IMG/VR virus record: IMGVR_UViG_3300044557_000292 | Span: 160,001 to 224,000 of that record | Source: a virus | Lineage: Duplodnaviria; Heunggongvirae; Uroviricota; Caudoviricetes | DNA length: 64,000 nucleotides | Strand: one strand, 5' to 3' | In this document: positions 20,782 to 30,256 of the stretch, piece by piece | Numbering within the stretch: position 1 is the first letter of the stretch | Layout of the letters: each line of letters opens with the position of its first letter | Made by a program: the position numbers and the translations under genes | Notes under the pieces: generated by a model | The model's input: only the letters and a program-made list of their open reading frames with translations | The model's database searches: none | Told to the model about the DNA's origin: nothing

Positions 20782-21471
20782 TCAGTTCTTAGCGATAAGA
20801 ACGGTAGAATACTGGAATGCTCCCTTTAACCTAGATCTAAAGACGATGGCCTTACTCTTCTCTGGTAGTGATGACGCGAACCCGCCGCCTAGAGCTATCT
20901 CACTACAGACCGGCGTGAGTCTTCCAACCGTGGCAAGCCAATCCCAATCAACGTTCAGTCTTGACAGCATCCTGGATCCATTATCACTCATGACCTGATT
21001 GAGTAGGACGTGAACACCATACTCTGGTCCATCACGCAGCAAGCGTCTCATCCCCTCCATGACAAGCTCTATGGTCGAATCCCTACGGACGCCGTCAAGC
21101 ATTGACTCCAGACCATTAACAACAATCAGAGTGGGCTCATGCGTCAATCCATTATGAACACGTTTTACCGTCCTGTAGAGGACTGATCTTGCCTTCAATG
21201 GGCTCATTGAAGAGTCAATCGTAATGATAGACGCGGTCGCCTCGGAGAGAACGCTCTTAACGGCTGACCTCATGAGGTTTCTGTTGACTACTGATGACAC
21301 GATCAGCATGTGGGATTGTGGGCGTGGGAGGAATCTAGGCCATATGATACGCCCACTCCTACTCACGCCTATCGGGCGCAAGAGGTAACCAGCGTTGGCC
21401 AACTGTACGGAAACCCTCTCACTGAGAGGAGTTGCAGAAACCATATTCCCTCCGTTCCAGCCATCAAGCAT
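20782..21471 (-). CDS. Degenerate FtsK/SpoIIIE-type ATPase-like domain protein
   Basis: PIGVSRSG..SHMLIV, LIVVNGL and LLRDGPEYGVHVLLNQ follow the FtsK domain layout, but Walker A is absent and the Walker B DE is replaced. Confidence 0.5.
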   Translation of the reverse strand: MLDGWNGGNMVSATPLSERVSVQLANAGYLLRPIGVSRSGRIIWPRFLPRPQSHMLIVSSVVNRNLMRSAVKSVLSEATASIITIDSSMSPLKARSVLYRTVKRVHNGLTHEPTLIVVNGLESMLDGVRRDSTIELVMEGMRRLLRDGPEYGVHVLLNQVMSDNGSRMLSRLNVDWDWLATVGRLTPVCSEIALGGGFASSLPEKSKAIVFRSRLKGAFQYSTVLIAKN

Positions 21472-21584
21472 TAACCTAATAACCGCTTAGTTATATGATA
21501 TGGATAAGATATCAGAACCTTAACCATGAGCACTAATAGGAATCTAACGTCCATGATAGGCTCTACTACATCTATAACCATTCA

Positions 21585-22064
21585 TCACGACGCTTGGAAT
21601 GGCTCTCCATCAAGATCAAACTCCTCAATGTCTCCAGATGAGAGACTCCATTGGATCGTGTAATCATGCGTGTAACGGACATCAGCGCTACATGAACTAT
21701 CAATAACGATACTCGGAATGACGATGATGAGATCTGGTATGTAGATTATACCTCCGTCATCATTAAGACAATAGCCTAAGAGGAGTGTTCCGTCCTCCCT
21801 GAGTGACTTCTTGTCAACCTCTGTTCTCTTCTTGGGAACAAACTTAGCGTCCATGTCACCATTCTTCTTCAACTGATCTTTAAGGAAGTACTTGACCACT
21901 CCCTCATGGGCCTCATCTGACTGTTTGTCAATCTTCTGATCTGTCACCGTGAACCCGTAGTCATACGTCTCCTTAGATCCACAGCCCGACACGATAAGCA
22001 TCATCGTACATGATATGATTATTATGACTATCTTATGCACTAAGGAGACTCTATATGTACTCAT
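21585..22064 (-). CDS. Putative lipoprotein
   Basis: Signal peptide ending in a lipobox-like LIVSGC; ATGA overlap with the upstream gene. Confidence 0.6.
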   Translation of the reverse strand: MSTYRVSLVHKIVIIIISCTMMLIVSGCGSKETYDYGFTVTDQKIDKQSDEAHEGVVKYFLKDQLKKNGDMDAKFVPKKRTEVDKKSLREDGTLLLGYCLNDDGGIIYIPDLIIVIPSIVIDSSCSADVRYTHDYTIQWSLSSGDIEEFDLDGEPFQAS

Positions 22065-22522
22065 CGTATTCTCTCATATGACACTCCAGCATGATCGAGA
22101 ATCATCCTTGAGGCAACAGTATCCTCGCCATCACGCACTTCATCGAAGATGATCCTTGAGATTCCAACCTGCACTATCTCCTTAGCGCAATCACTGCACG
22201 GGAAGAGCGTCGTGTACAAGTACGCGCTCTTAAGAGACGACGGACCACCAGGGGCGTTAAGGATAGCATTACGCTCAGCGTGAACCACGAACTTGTACTT
22301 GTTCTTGAGATTACTTGACTCATGCTTACCCCACGGGAATTCATCATCACTCCACCCCTTGGGGGCACCGTTGTATCCTAGGGACAGCGGCTTGTGATCG
22401 CTTGTGGATATGAATGCTCCCACCTGCGTGCACGGATCTTTACTCCTAGTCATGGCAATGTCCCTGGCAAGCGTCATGTACGCGTGATCCCAGTCTAGAA
22501 TTCCATCTATCCTCTGATCCAA
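22061..22522 (-). CDS. dCMP deaminase (ComEB family)
   Basis: SKDPCTQVGA, GYNG, HAERNAI and PCSDC zinc motifs; GGAGG RBS. Confidence 0.92.
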   Translation of the reverse strand: MDQRIDGILDWDHAYMTLARDIAMTRSKDPCTQVGAFISTSDHKPLSLGYNGAPKGWSDDEFPWGKHESSNLKNKYKFVVHAERNAILNAPGGPSSLKSAYLYTTLFPCSDCAKEIVQVGISRIIFDEVRDGEDTVASRMILDHAGVSYERIR

Positions 22523-22920
22523 GAATCCTCCAATCTTGAAGATCTCAATATGATTCCTGAGGAGAATAGTACCAAGTGAATAGAATTCCCACTCGATGGT
22601 TACTCCTCGCGACTGCTTGTCTACTAGATCCCTGAGCTATATCAGGTCGAATCTGACCTCATCGTCCACAGCGTGATTAGTATTGATAAGGATCTTCCTA
22701 TCCTTACCCACGCGAATGAAACCAGACACGCCGTGGTGTTGATTCGAGGGTCGCCAAATCGTGCTTTAGGGACGCATTCGGATTCACGTAACCTGTACTC
22801 AAGTCAATCCTCCCCCACCCAATTGTGTGTCGTAACAGTAAAAGCTCCTAAATATCTTTAACTATAATAGTATTGTCAAAATGGGCTTCCAAACGGAATC
22901 TAAGAGAGGTAATCAGAATC

Positions 22921-23271
22921 ATGACCAATAGAATCACAATGAGCAATGGCAGGGTGACCATCCACATAGATGGAGTGAAAAGATTATTAACCATGAAGTC
23001 GAAGGTCACCTTCAGATCAGATCACATCGTAGACATCAAGCAGGTGAATCATCCAGAACCTCCGATCCTTAGAGCACCTGGAGTCACATTCGGACACTAC
23101 GTGGGTGGATCTTACTACGATGTTTCAAAGCACTCCCATCAATTCTGGGATGCTGACAGAACCATCCCTACTGCCTCCATTAAGCTTGAAGATGAGCCTT
23201 ATGACACTATAATGATTAACGGGCTAGCTGAATCCATAGTGAAGCAATTGAATGTGATTCATGAGCGTTAA
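22921..23271 (+). CDS. Hypothetical small protein (PH-like actinobacterial family)
   Basis: ATG 22921 follows a GAGG RBS, with TATAAT at 22863-22868; LRAPG..GSYY..FWD pattern. Confidence 0.55.
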   Translation: MTNRITMSNGRVTIHIDGVKRLLTMKSKVTFRSDHIVDIKQVNHPEPPILRAPGVTFGHYVGGSYYDVSKHSHQFWDADRTIPTASIKLEDEPYDTIMINGLAESIVKQLNVIHER

Positions 23272-23502
23272 CAGGATTCCACAGCGCATTAGAGAAGCGG
23301 GAGGGCTCCTGTGCTTCCAGTGGAGTACCTATTTTAACGATAACTGTTAACTAACATGACTCACGGTGATCCTCATCTCATGGGTTCATTGACATGAACA
23401 TGGATGATGCTAAACGGATGTACGTCTTCGCTCCGATAGGAATCAAGACCGAGGTTTCCGGAAGCATTCCATTAATAGCGGTTAGCTAATGAGGCGCTTA
23501 TT

Positions 23503-23539
23503 AGATAAAGCTCGGTCTTAACGAGACCGAGCTTTATCT
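23503..23539. terminator. 16-bp inverted repeat between convergent genes (bidirectional terminator)
   Basis: AGATAAAGCTCGGTCT-taacg-AGACCGAGCTTTATCT followed by a T-run on the + strand. Confidence 0.75.
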
Positions 23540-23811
23540 TTTGTGCACACTTGTTGACATTTTCCTTATAAGATCACATTGTTCCAAGCTGTTAGAACAG
23601 CATCTCGTCAAAAATGCGTTCAGCATGAGGACACGATGGAATCTATGCTATTCCCGTTTAATAGAGCCAGCTTAGATTCGACTATGCGCAGAACGCAACA
23701 TTCTACTGTACTTCTAGTGATAGTCTAAACGGACATCGCTGGAAAGGCACGTTTGTGTATAACGCAACTTCCTGAGGGCTAGGCCACTGTAGAATCACGA
23801 GATCCAATCAA

Positions 23812-24837
23812 TCAGCTTACTGAAGATCCCGACCATGCGGACGTTGCTCTTGCCGTCAGTCTGTACCTCTGGACATCCCAATCGCGGTTGAACATGCCCA
23901 TGGTGAAGTTGGATGACCAATCGCGAATATCAACGCCAATAGTTGTGAACTTCGTTCCTGATCCAATCGTCTTCTCATTATGAGAAGACGATCCAGTGTT
24001 GGAGATTCCCCTATAGCACGTGATGGCCATGACCAGCGTCTCATTGTTATTCATGTAGGTCGATGGCGACGTAGGGTTAAGGGAGTCATTGAAATGGATG
24101 TCGTCGCCGGTAGAGTCAACCGTGATTCCATTATAAAAGAAGTGCTGGTCAGACGATCCATCACCGTGATTAATTCCGTTCAGTGAATCTGACCATCTTG
24201 AGTACCCGTAATCCTTCTCAAGACTATTATTGTCAGCAGACTTCTCCACGTTTGGATTGACGAAGCTCCTCATATTCTTGACGAACAGTGAATCATTGCC
24301 AGCACTCACGCTGGTTGAAGTCCCGTCTACACTTGCTGATGAATCACCATTATATACTGACGAAGTGCCTGATGACCTCCCAGTCTTCTGGAGGTACGTT
24401 GACGCTAGAATCATGATGGACTCTGCCGAGTGCCTATAGAAGGTTGAACCATCAGACCACTTGTAATTCCCGTCGCTTCCACTGACCCCTTCAACGTTTG
24501 AAAAGTCTCCCTTGGCAAGGTTCTGAATGGCCGTGAGGCCACGAGCGACGATCATTGGAGTAGACTTGTACTTGGCCTCATATGAGGAGTTCTGCCCGCA
24601 TTGAAGAGATCCATCGCCCTGCTGGGATCGGACGGCTGCACTTACAGACTCCTGCGTGATGTTCGACAGATCTGACTGCACGGCCGTGTTCTTCGTGTAG
24701 TCAATACTCCATCCAGTTATGAAGAGGAGGAGTGGAAGACTCGTAATGATGAACATGGCGACTGAGTCCCCGGCCTCTGTCCTCAGATGCCTAAGGAATC
24801 TTGACATTTTGCTCATGATCATACCCCCAATCATCAT
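23812..24837 (-). CDS. TadG-like pilus assembly / pseudopilin protein
   Basis: Prepilin-like leader LRTEAG|DSVAMFII..LPLLL..GWSIDY, then AAVRS; coupled to the TadE-like gene. Confidence 0.65.
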   Translation of the reverse strand: MMIGGMIMSKMSRFLRHLRTEAGDSVAMFIITSLPLLLFITGWSIDYTKNTAVQSDLSNITQESVSAAVRSQQGDGSLQCGQNSSYEAKYKSTPMIVARGLTAIQNLAKGDFSNVEGVSGSDGNYKWSDGSTFYRHSAESIMILASTYLQKTGRSSGTSSVYNGDSSASVDGTSTSVSAGNDSLFVKNMRSFVNPNVEKSADNNSLEKDYGYSRWSDSLNGINHGDGSSDQHFFYNGITVDSTGDDIHFNDSLNPTSPSTYMNNNETLVMAITCYRGISNTGSSSHNEKTIGSGTKFTTIGVDIRDWSSNFTMGMFNRDWDVQRYRLTARATSAWSGSSVS

Positions 24838-25436
24838 TACTTTGTAGTGACCTCAGATTGTGCTGACACCTTGATTGTGCCGTTATTCCAACCCTTCCCG
24901 CCACTGGTAGTCGCAACACTTCCATGGGCATCATTGAAGCTCTGCACACCACCACCGAACAGGCTTAGGGCTGATCCTGGCATTCCGGCATATGAGTAAT
25001 GGGCGGAGCACCATGTAGCCTGGCCAACCTTAGTACCGGATGATGGACCGCACTCGATGCCGCTGATCGTCATGTTATTCACGTAAGCAGTGTTAGCATT
25101 GATCTTGTTAGCGACCAGACACGCTACAATGTTGTTGTTATCAGCGTGACCGCCCTTCTTACCGCCCTCGGAAGACGTCGACGCGCAAGTCGTACCGTAT
25201 GCGGCCGACAGAGCATTGTCAGTTCCACCGAAAATAGCCGCAGTCCTAGCACCATCACGAAGATCAGAACGGAGCGTGGCCGTATTCCCTATGAACGTAC
25301 TGAAGTCAATCATGGTCATGAGTAGTGACCATAGTAACGGTAGGGCTATCAGGAACGTGATCGCGTTCTCAGCGAGCTCCGAGTGAACGTGCCTGTGGAT
25401 AGTGCCCTTAAGCTTTCGTATCATTCCCATTACCAA
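24837..25436 (-). CDS. TadE-like pseudopilin
   Basis: ENAITFLIALPLL..MIDF...LRDGARTAA matches the TadE pattern; paired cysteines. Confidence 0.7.
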   Translation of the reverse strand: MVMGMIRKLKGTIHRHVHSELAENAITFLIALPLLWSLLMTMIDFSTFIGNTATLRSDLRDGARTAAIFGGTDNALSAAYGTTCASTSSEGGKKGGHADNNNIVACLVANKINANTAYVNNMTISGIECGPSSGTKVGQATWCSAHYSYAGMPGSALSLFGGGVQSFNDAHGSVATTSGGKGWNNGTIKVSAQSEVTTK

Positions 25437-25599
25437 CCACCTCGACGATCAACGCCAGAATCTCTATGATTAGAATTCATTATTATGAAGATATCATCGT
25501 AAAACCGCGATAAGCCCAATTCCGAAGAACAATCCTGATTATCTTGCCCACAATGACCTACAGTACCTATCATAAACGTAAAGTTACGTTTACTATCTA

Positions 25600-25902
25600 T
25601 CATAGGAAGGCGTAGGAGAACCCGAACCATATGAGGCCAATGACCGCCGCCACGGAACCTAGGATGATAATGGCGCTCACGATAGCGTGGAGTACGACGA
25701 CCCCCTTCCGCCCATCTCTCGAACGCTTCTTGAGGAACCTGTCAAGTTTTGTCTGCTTGTGTCCCTCAATGACCTCAGCTGGTTGACGCTTGGGGGCATC
25801 ATTCCACTCCTTATTATCATAGAGCGGGTTAAAGTCAATCCCGTCTGACCCACCCCCATTCAGATTCGCAAGATCGTCCAGTCCGTCAGTATCTAGCTTC
25901 AT
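25600..25902 (-). CDS. Small membrane protein
   Basis: 100 aa, C-terminal TM helix, ATGA-coupled to the upstream ORF. Confidence 0.6.
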   Translation of the reverse strand: MKLDTDGLDDLANLNGGGSDGIDFNPLYDNKEWNDAPKRQPAEVIEGHKQTKLDRFLKKRSRDGRKGVVVLHAIVSAIIILGSVAAVIGLIWFGFSYAFL

Positions 25903-26522
25903 GATTCCTCATTCTCCTTAAGAAGATTGATAAGCGGCTTGTCAGTATCACTCGTCTTAATCTCGCCTAGAATATCGCCATCAGACATGATGTAGAAGCT
26001 GCCCACACTGCACGAGCCCTTCAAGCACTGCACATAATACTGGTTAGTGAGGAAGAAGTGATTCTTCTCAAGCTCATCGTATTCTACGGGCTTACTCGTG
26101 TTCTTAATGACCTTACCGTTAATAGATGCTAATCCTGTCTTATCGTCAATATGAAGACGGCCCGCTGGTCCAGCGACGATCTTAACGATAGCCGTATTCT
26201 TGTGCGGCGTGAACCCAGCTATCATCTTATTCTTGATTGAATCGGTTGCCCTCACGTTCGACTCCAGTGATACCAGTTCTGTCTTACCCGCTGGTATTCC
26301 TCCCATCTTGATCGTTGGGTCTTTCGTGAGCACGAATCCGAAATCGTCCGTGTACAGGACCCTCACAGCCGTGGGGACGAGAACGGCTGAGTACACTAAG
26401 AGCAGTATGAGGGAGACAAGTATCAATGCCCTAAAGATCCTGCCAATGAACTTGAATACAAGATAACTAGTCTTAACCCTTACGTTAGACGACGATAGTC
26501 GAGATAATCTTTCCTCTGCCAT
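25899..26522 (-). CDS. Membrane protein with a degenerate S26 signal-peptidase/TraF-like fold
   Basis: TM, then VKIVAGPAG..ING..NQYYVQC..ILGEI resembling S26 boxes, with no SMxPT catalytic Ser. Leaderless: TATCTT box 6 nt before the ATG. Confidence 0.45.
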   Translation of the reverse strand: MAEERLSRLSSSNVRVKTSYLVFKFIGRIFRALILVSLILLLVYSAVLVPTAVRVLYTDDFGFVLTKDPTIKMGGIPAGKTELVSLESNVRATDSIKNKMIAGFTPHKNTAIVKIVAGPAGRLHIDDKTGLASINGKVIKNTSKPVEYDELEKNHFFLTNQYYVQCLKGSCSVGSFYIMSDGDILGEIKTSDTDKPLINLLKENEES

Positions 26523-26587
26523 AGCAGTAAGATATCAATCAGATCATAAGATGAATATGATCAATCTAACTTGTGAATCTTCAGACC

Positions 26588-27820
26588 TTATGCGTCATGT
26601 GAGGATCTTGAATAGATCGCGGTCGACCTGGCATGCCATGGCAGGTTACTCAGCTTCGCCCTGCATGAGAATCCCAACGTCTCCAAAATCTTGGCGTGAA
26701 GACTTCCATCATCCAGCATAGCACCAATGCAATCATACTTGCCCTTATTCTGATCTGCGCCCAGAATGGTGAACAGCATCCTCCACAGACTCAACGCTTG
26801 TTGGAATCCCTCCTTCGTCCAGTGGGCGTTCTTGAGTGACCTGCACACAAGCGTTGGAACGAAGATCGTTCTCTCCGGGGAGACGATTGTCGATGGATTC
26901 TTGAATCCTCCGCGATCTAGCGTAGACACGTACGGTATGCTGTACCCGACGATGAAGGCCATGAACCCAGTCATCATACTCTTATCATCAAGCGTGATAA
27001 TGAAGTGAGCGTCTTGTATGATAGAGTTCACGTATGATCTCACATCACCAGCACCCTTGAATGACGTCTGCATGTAGCTTGTCCGATCTGACATTGGTGG
27101 GTTCAGCCAGTCACTGTGCTTAGCGCAGAACTTTAGAATTGATCTATGCTGTGGGCTATTCTGCTTGATCCTGCCAACAAAGATGACTTTCTCACCATTC
27201 CTCGTTCTCTGCGGCGTGATGGTCTTCTGCACGAGCGGTCTTATTCCCTTGACTGATCCCTTCTTCACGTTGGGCAACGGAAGGCTGACCGTGTTATGAC
27301 CACCGCTGTTGATGTTCCTCAGACGCTTCACGTAGGACCACGATCCAGCTTCTGGTTCCTTAAGACCCTCGTTGAGCAGTGCGTTTGCGAGGTATCGTTG
27401 TATAGATTTGTTCGACTGGTTGTCTAACCGTATGATCATATCTACACATGACGCCTTCAAATGCTTCAGAGCGAATTGCGATAAGATCCTGATGCATGAC
27501 GATAGTTTCGTGAACGTGATCCTTGACGATGGGTCAATGATCACGTAGTCGATCCCTATGACCGTATGCCATAGGGTCTTCTTCTCACGGCCGATCCTGA
27601 ACAGTAGGGCGATACGCCAGTACTCATCATCATCGGTAAGCTCTTCATAGACCAGAGCCCTGTACCCGCTCTGTGCTAGTCCAACTGCAGATGGAACGTC
27701 TGACGGTGTGGAATGATACCTCTCATACCTCCATATGAGGTCACGTAGAGGCTTAAGTCTGGTGATTGAGTTAAGATCGGATATGATTTCATACCTGGCC
27801 TTACGAACAACGGACACCAA
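26588..27820 (-). CDS. Hypothetical protein, possibly tandem GNAT-like folds
   Basis: 410 aa ORF; MTGFMAF, FVPTLV, KILETLGF are GNAT-like elements. Confidence 0.5.
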   Translation of the reverse strand: MVSVVRKARYEIISDLNSITRLKPLRDLIWRYERYHSTPSDVPSAVGLAQSGYRALVYEELTDDDEYWRIALLFRIGREKKTLWHTVIGIDYVIIDPSSRITFTKLSSCIRILSQFALKHLKASCVDMIIRLDNQSNKSIQRYLANALLNEGLKEPEAGSWSYVKRLRNINSGGHNTVSLPLPNVKKGSVKGIRPLVQKTITPQRTRNGEKVIFVGRIKQNSPQHRSILKFCAKHSDWLNPPMSDRTSYMQTSFKGAGDVRSYVNSIIQDAHFIITLDDKSMMTGFMAFIVGYSIPYVSTLDRGGFKNPSTIVSPERTIFVPTLVCRSLKNAHWTKEGFQQALSLWRMLFTILGADQNKGKYDCIGAMLDDGSLHAKILETLGFSCRAKLSNLPWHARSTAIYSRSSHDA

Positions 27821-27928
27821 GGCTACCCCCTAAGACCAAGTTGCTTAAAGCACGTCATATCTTCCGATTCCTTCTCATCATGCGGGATCTTAACATCCCC
27901 TCCCTTACTCATGGGTAGTGATAAGATA

Positions 27929-29338
27929 TCAGTAAATCGCAGCGTTCCTGTTCACCTCGTAAAGATTCCTAGCGAGTGCGTCTTTGAATTCATTTGATAT
28001 GTTGTCCATCTTTCCTGATATCATAGCACTTGCAATGCTGTCATCAACGAGAGCGCTTAGAATGGCCTCCTCCGAGTACCAGTCCTTCGTGTCTATAGCG
28101 GTCATGATGATAGCATGGTGAAGATTAGATCTACGCTCAATGTCCTTGATGAAGTCAGCGTTGACTGGACTCTGAGTGAACTTCTTCTCCTCACCGGTCT
28201 CAGACCAGTCAAGCGACTGCGGTGAGTATGACTTCTGCCAGGTCTTAAGTGAGAGGTTAAGATCTTCGTATTCTCTCATCGTCCTCTTCGTTTCACCATT
28301 CTTATTCATCTCCCTGAGGATAGACTTATCGTTAAGATGGCGACTAGATCCACTCTTACCATCATCGTCTACCTTAAGACGCTTGATAGCGCGATTCTTC
28401 TCCAGCTGGAATCTGTTAAGATCATCTCCAATGACCTTTGATGAATAATCGTATGTCTTCCTCGGGAACTGCATGACGATCAAGTAGGAGAATGGGACGC
28501 ACTTCTTCTCATCATAAGTCTGTATGAGTGTTAACAGCCATTGCATGATCACCGCGTCACCTTCCGTGGTGGTCTCCCTCGACTCGTAGGAGTTGTTTGA
28601 TCCTATGCTTCCACCAATGTACACGTTAAACGTCTTCTTAATGCTTGGGACGAGGTACTTAGCGAACTGGATGTAGAAGATGATGAAGTCATTGACGGCG
28701 TCCCTACTCATCTCCGCCAGCTCTCTCCGCCTCGAGGAGTTATTCGAGTTGAACTTGCCCTTCACGAATACCGACCCCTCACCGCCGTGAGATGCCTCCC
28801 ATGACAGGAGCACGTTCTTGGTCACGCTGTTTGACAGGGCGTAGAGTTGGAATTTCCCCGATAATGTCATAGGTTTGAATTTCCCCAGGTATCCAAGATC
28901 TCTTCTAATATCATCGATCTTGGACGGGTCATGGAGCATGAAGGTGAGAATAGACACTTGATGGAGTGGAGCTTTCTCGAACATCTCGATCTCGGTCATC
29001 TCTCTAGATCCGCGGCCGAATATCCTAGGGTAGATGAGCTTCGGGATTGGTTGATCCTCCATGGACATGCCGTTAGCATTCCTCCACGTCTTCATCTGGG
29101 CTAAGGACATTCGATACGACACCCCGTTGTCTCCAGGAATGACCTGATCATTCTCCACCATGTCATTTAGAATGGGCTGTATCTCCTTAAGATTGGGTTC
29201 ATGACAACACGTCCGTATCTTATCGGCCGTGTACCACTGCCCGTCACTGAGGACAGCGCCAACCCTATAGCGGATGGTGAGCTGCTTGAACTCCTCATTC
29301 GTGTACATTGACTTCTGATTATGAAATATTGTGGACAA
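27929..29338 (-). CDS. Divergent sigma-70-family-like factor (N-terminal wHTH + sigma2 + sigma3, no obvious sigma4)
   Basis: DAVNDFIIFYIQFAKYLVPSI / WLLTLIQTYDEKKCVPFSYLIVMQFPRKTYDY / RAIKRL..RHLNDKSILREM / PQSLD align by eye with WhiG/FliA regions 2.1, 2.2-2.4, 3.1 and 3.2. GGAGG RBS before the TTG. Confidence 0.65.
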   Translation of the reverse strand: MSTIFHNQKSMYTNEEFKQLTIRYRVGAVLSDGQWYTADKIRTCCHEPNLKEIQPILNDMVENDQVIPGDNGVSYRMSLAQMKTWRNANGMSMEDQPIPKLIYPRIFGRGSREMTEIEMFEKAPLHQVSILTFMLHDPSKIDDIRRDLGYLGKFKPMTLSGKFQLYALSNSVTKNVLLSWEASHGGEGSVFVKGKFNSNNSSRRRELAEMSRDAVNDFIIFYIQFAKYLVPSIKKTFNVYIGGSIGSNNSYESRETTTEGDAVIMQWLLTLIQTYDEKKCVPFSYLIVMQFPRKTYDYSSKVIGDDLNRFQLEKNRAIKRLKVDDDGKSGSSRHLNDKSILREMNKNGETKRTMREYEDLNLSLKTWQKSYSPQSLDWSETGEEKKFTQSPVNADFIKDIERRSNLHHAIIMTAIDTKDWYSEEAILSALVDDSIASAMISGKMDNISNEFKDALARNLYEVNRNAAIY

Positions 29339-29443
29339 TATGATTACCTCCGTAAGCCCCCTACTTCCTTATGTTCATGAGGAATGACTTATGAAGATAT
29401 ATGGTAGAAGAATTTGATTGTTAAGATTATACGATGCTATTCA

Positions 29444-30256
29444 TCACATTAATTGACGCGCGGGTCGGTTCATTGTCTTCAACGACCTGTCACGATCATT
29501 GAATCTAACAATTAACTTGACTTCTGGCATTGCTGCACGCATTCGGTCTATGAATGCGTGCAGATCTGTCATCAAGATGCCCTTATCATTCAGTGAGGTG
29601 ATCCGCGCGACTAGCGTTCTCACGCATACAAACTTTTCCTTATCTTTAACTGGTATCGTTCCCTTATCTTTAATTGGTATCATCCTTGACTCGTCAGACG
29701 TGATAGCCACCTGGATAGCATCCCCTGATAGTTCTATGATCTCGTCATGTAGACCATCAACATCATATACCGGTTGATGATTCAATAATTGATCAATGAA
29801 CTCGCGATTCAAAGGGCCATCATCCTGATCGTACTTGCTATCATATTGTATCGCATTACCACTCTTCGTAACTTGAGGGTAATATTTTCTGATCGTCATG
29901 ACGCCCAGGCGGGGCGTAGATCTTAGCAGGTCGATCTGTGGAGAATATTCCTTCAGGTCGCTGAATACGCCTTCCATGAACATGTTGAATTCGGCCATAT
30001 TAAGCTCATCGTCATTCTTGTCAGTTATCAGACAGGACCATTCCTCCAGGGCGCCTTCCTTATTGTCAATTGGCTCCTCATACGTGATAATGAACTCCGG
30101 GTCGTTGAAGTCATGTTGACTACTGATCTCTTCTGCTATAGGCCTCCCTGTTGGCTCCCTGTAGAAGAAGATCCTCGCAGCCCTTGGATGCGTGATCACG
30201 TTGTCCTCAGGTGACGGTTCGGCCAATGGGCTAAGAGGATTAATGAAATCACTCAT
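29444..30256 (-). CDS. Hypothetical protein (start revised to ATG 30256)
   Basis: GGAGG RBS precedes MSDFINP; the longer track ORF overlaps the upstream gene. Confidence 0.65.
   Translation of the reverse strand: MSDFINPLSPLAEPSPEDNVITHPRAARIFFYREPTGRPIAEEISSQHDFNDPEFIITYEEPIDNKEGALEEWSCLITDKNDDELNMAEFNMFMEGVFSDLKEYSPQIDLLRSTPRLGVMTIRKYYPQVTKSGNAIQYDSKYDQDDGPLNREFIDQLLNHQPVYDVDGLHDEIIELSGDAIQVAITSDESRMIPIKDKGTIPVKDKEKFVCVRTLVARITSLNDKGILMTDLHAFIDRMRAAMPEVKLIVRFNDRDRSLKTMNRPARQLM

Noticed and set aside
26588-27820. Intein C-half partner (contains HNT)
   Set aside because: The HN-T occurs in a linker with no preceding Hint block F and no Walker A after it.
27823-27912. 29-aa uORF (MSKGGDVKIPHDEK...) after the class A motif
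   Set aside because: Position is plausible, but it is too short, with no RBS or homology evidence.
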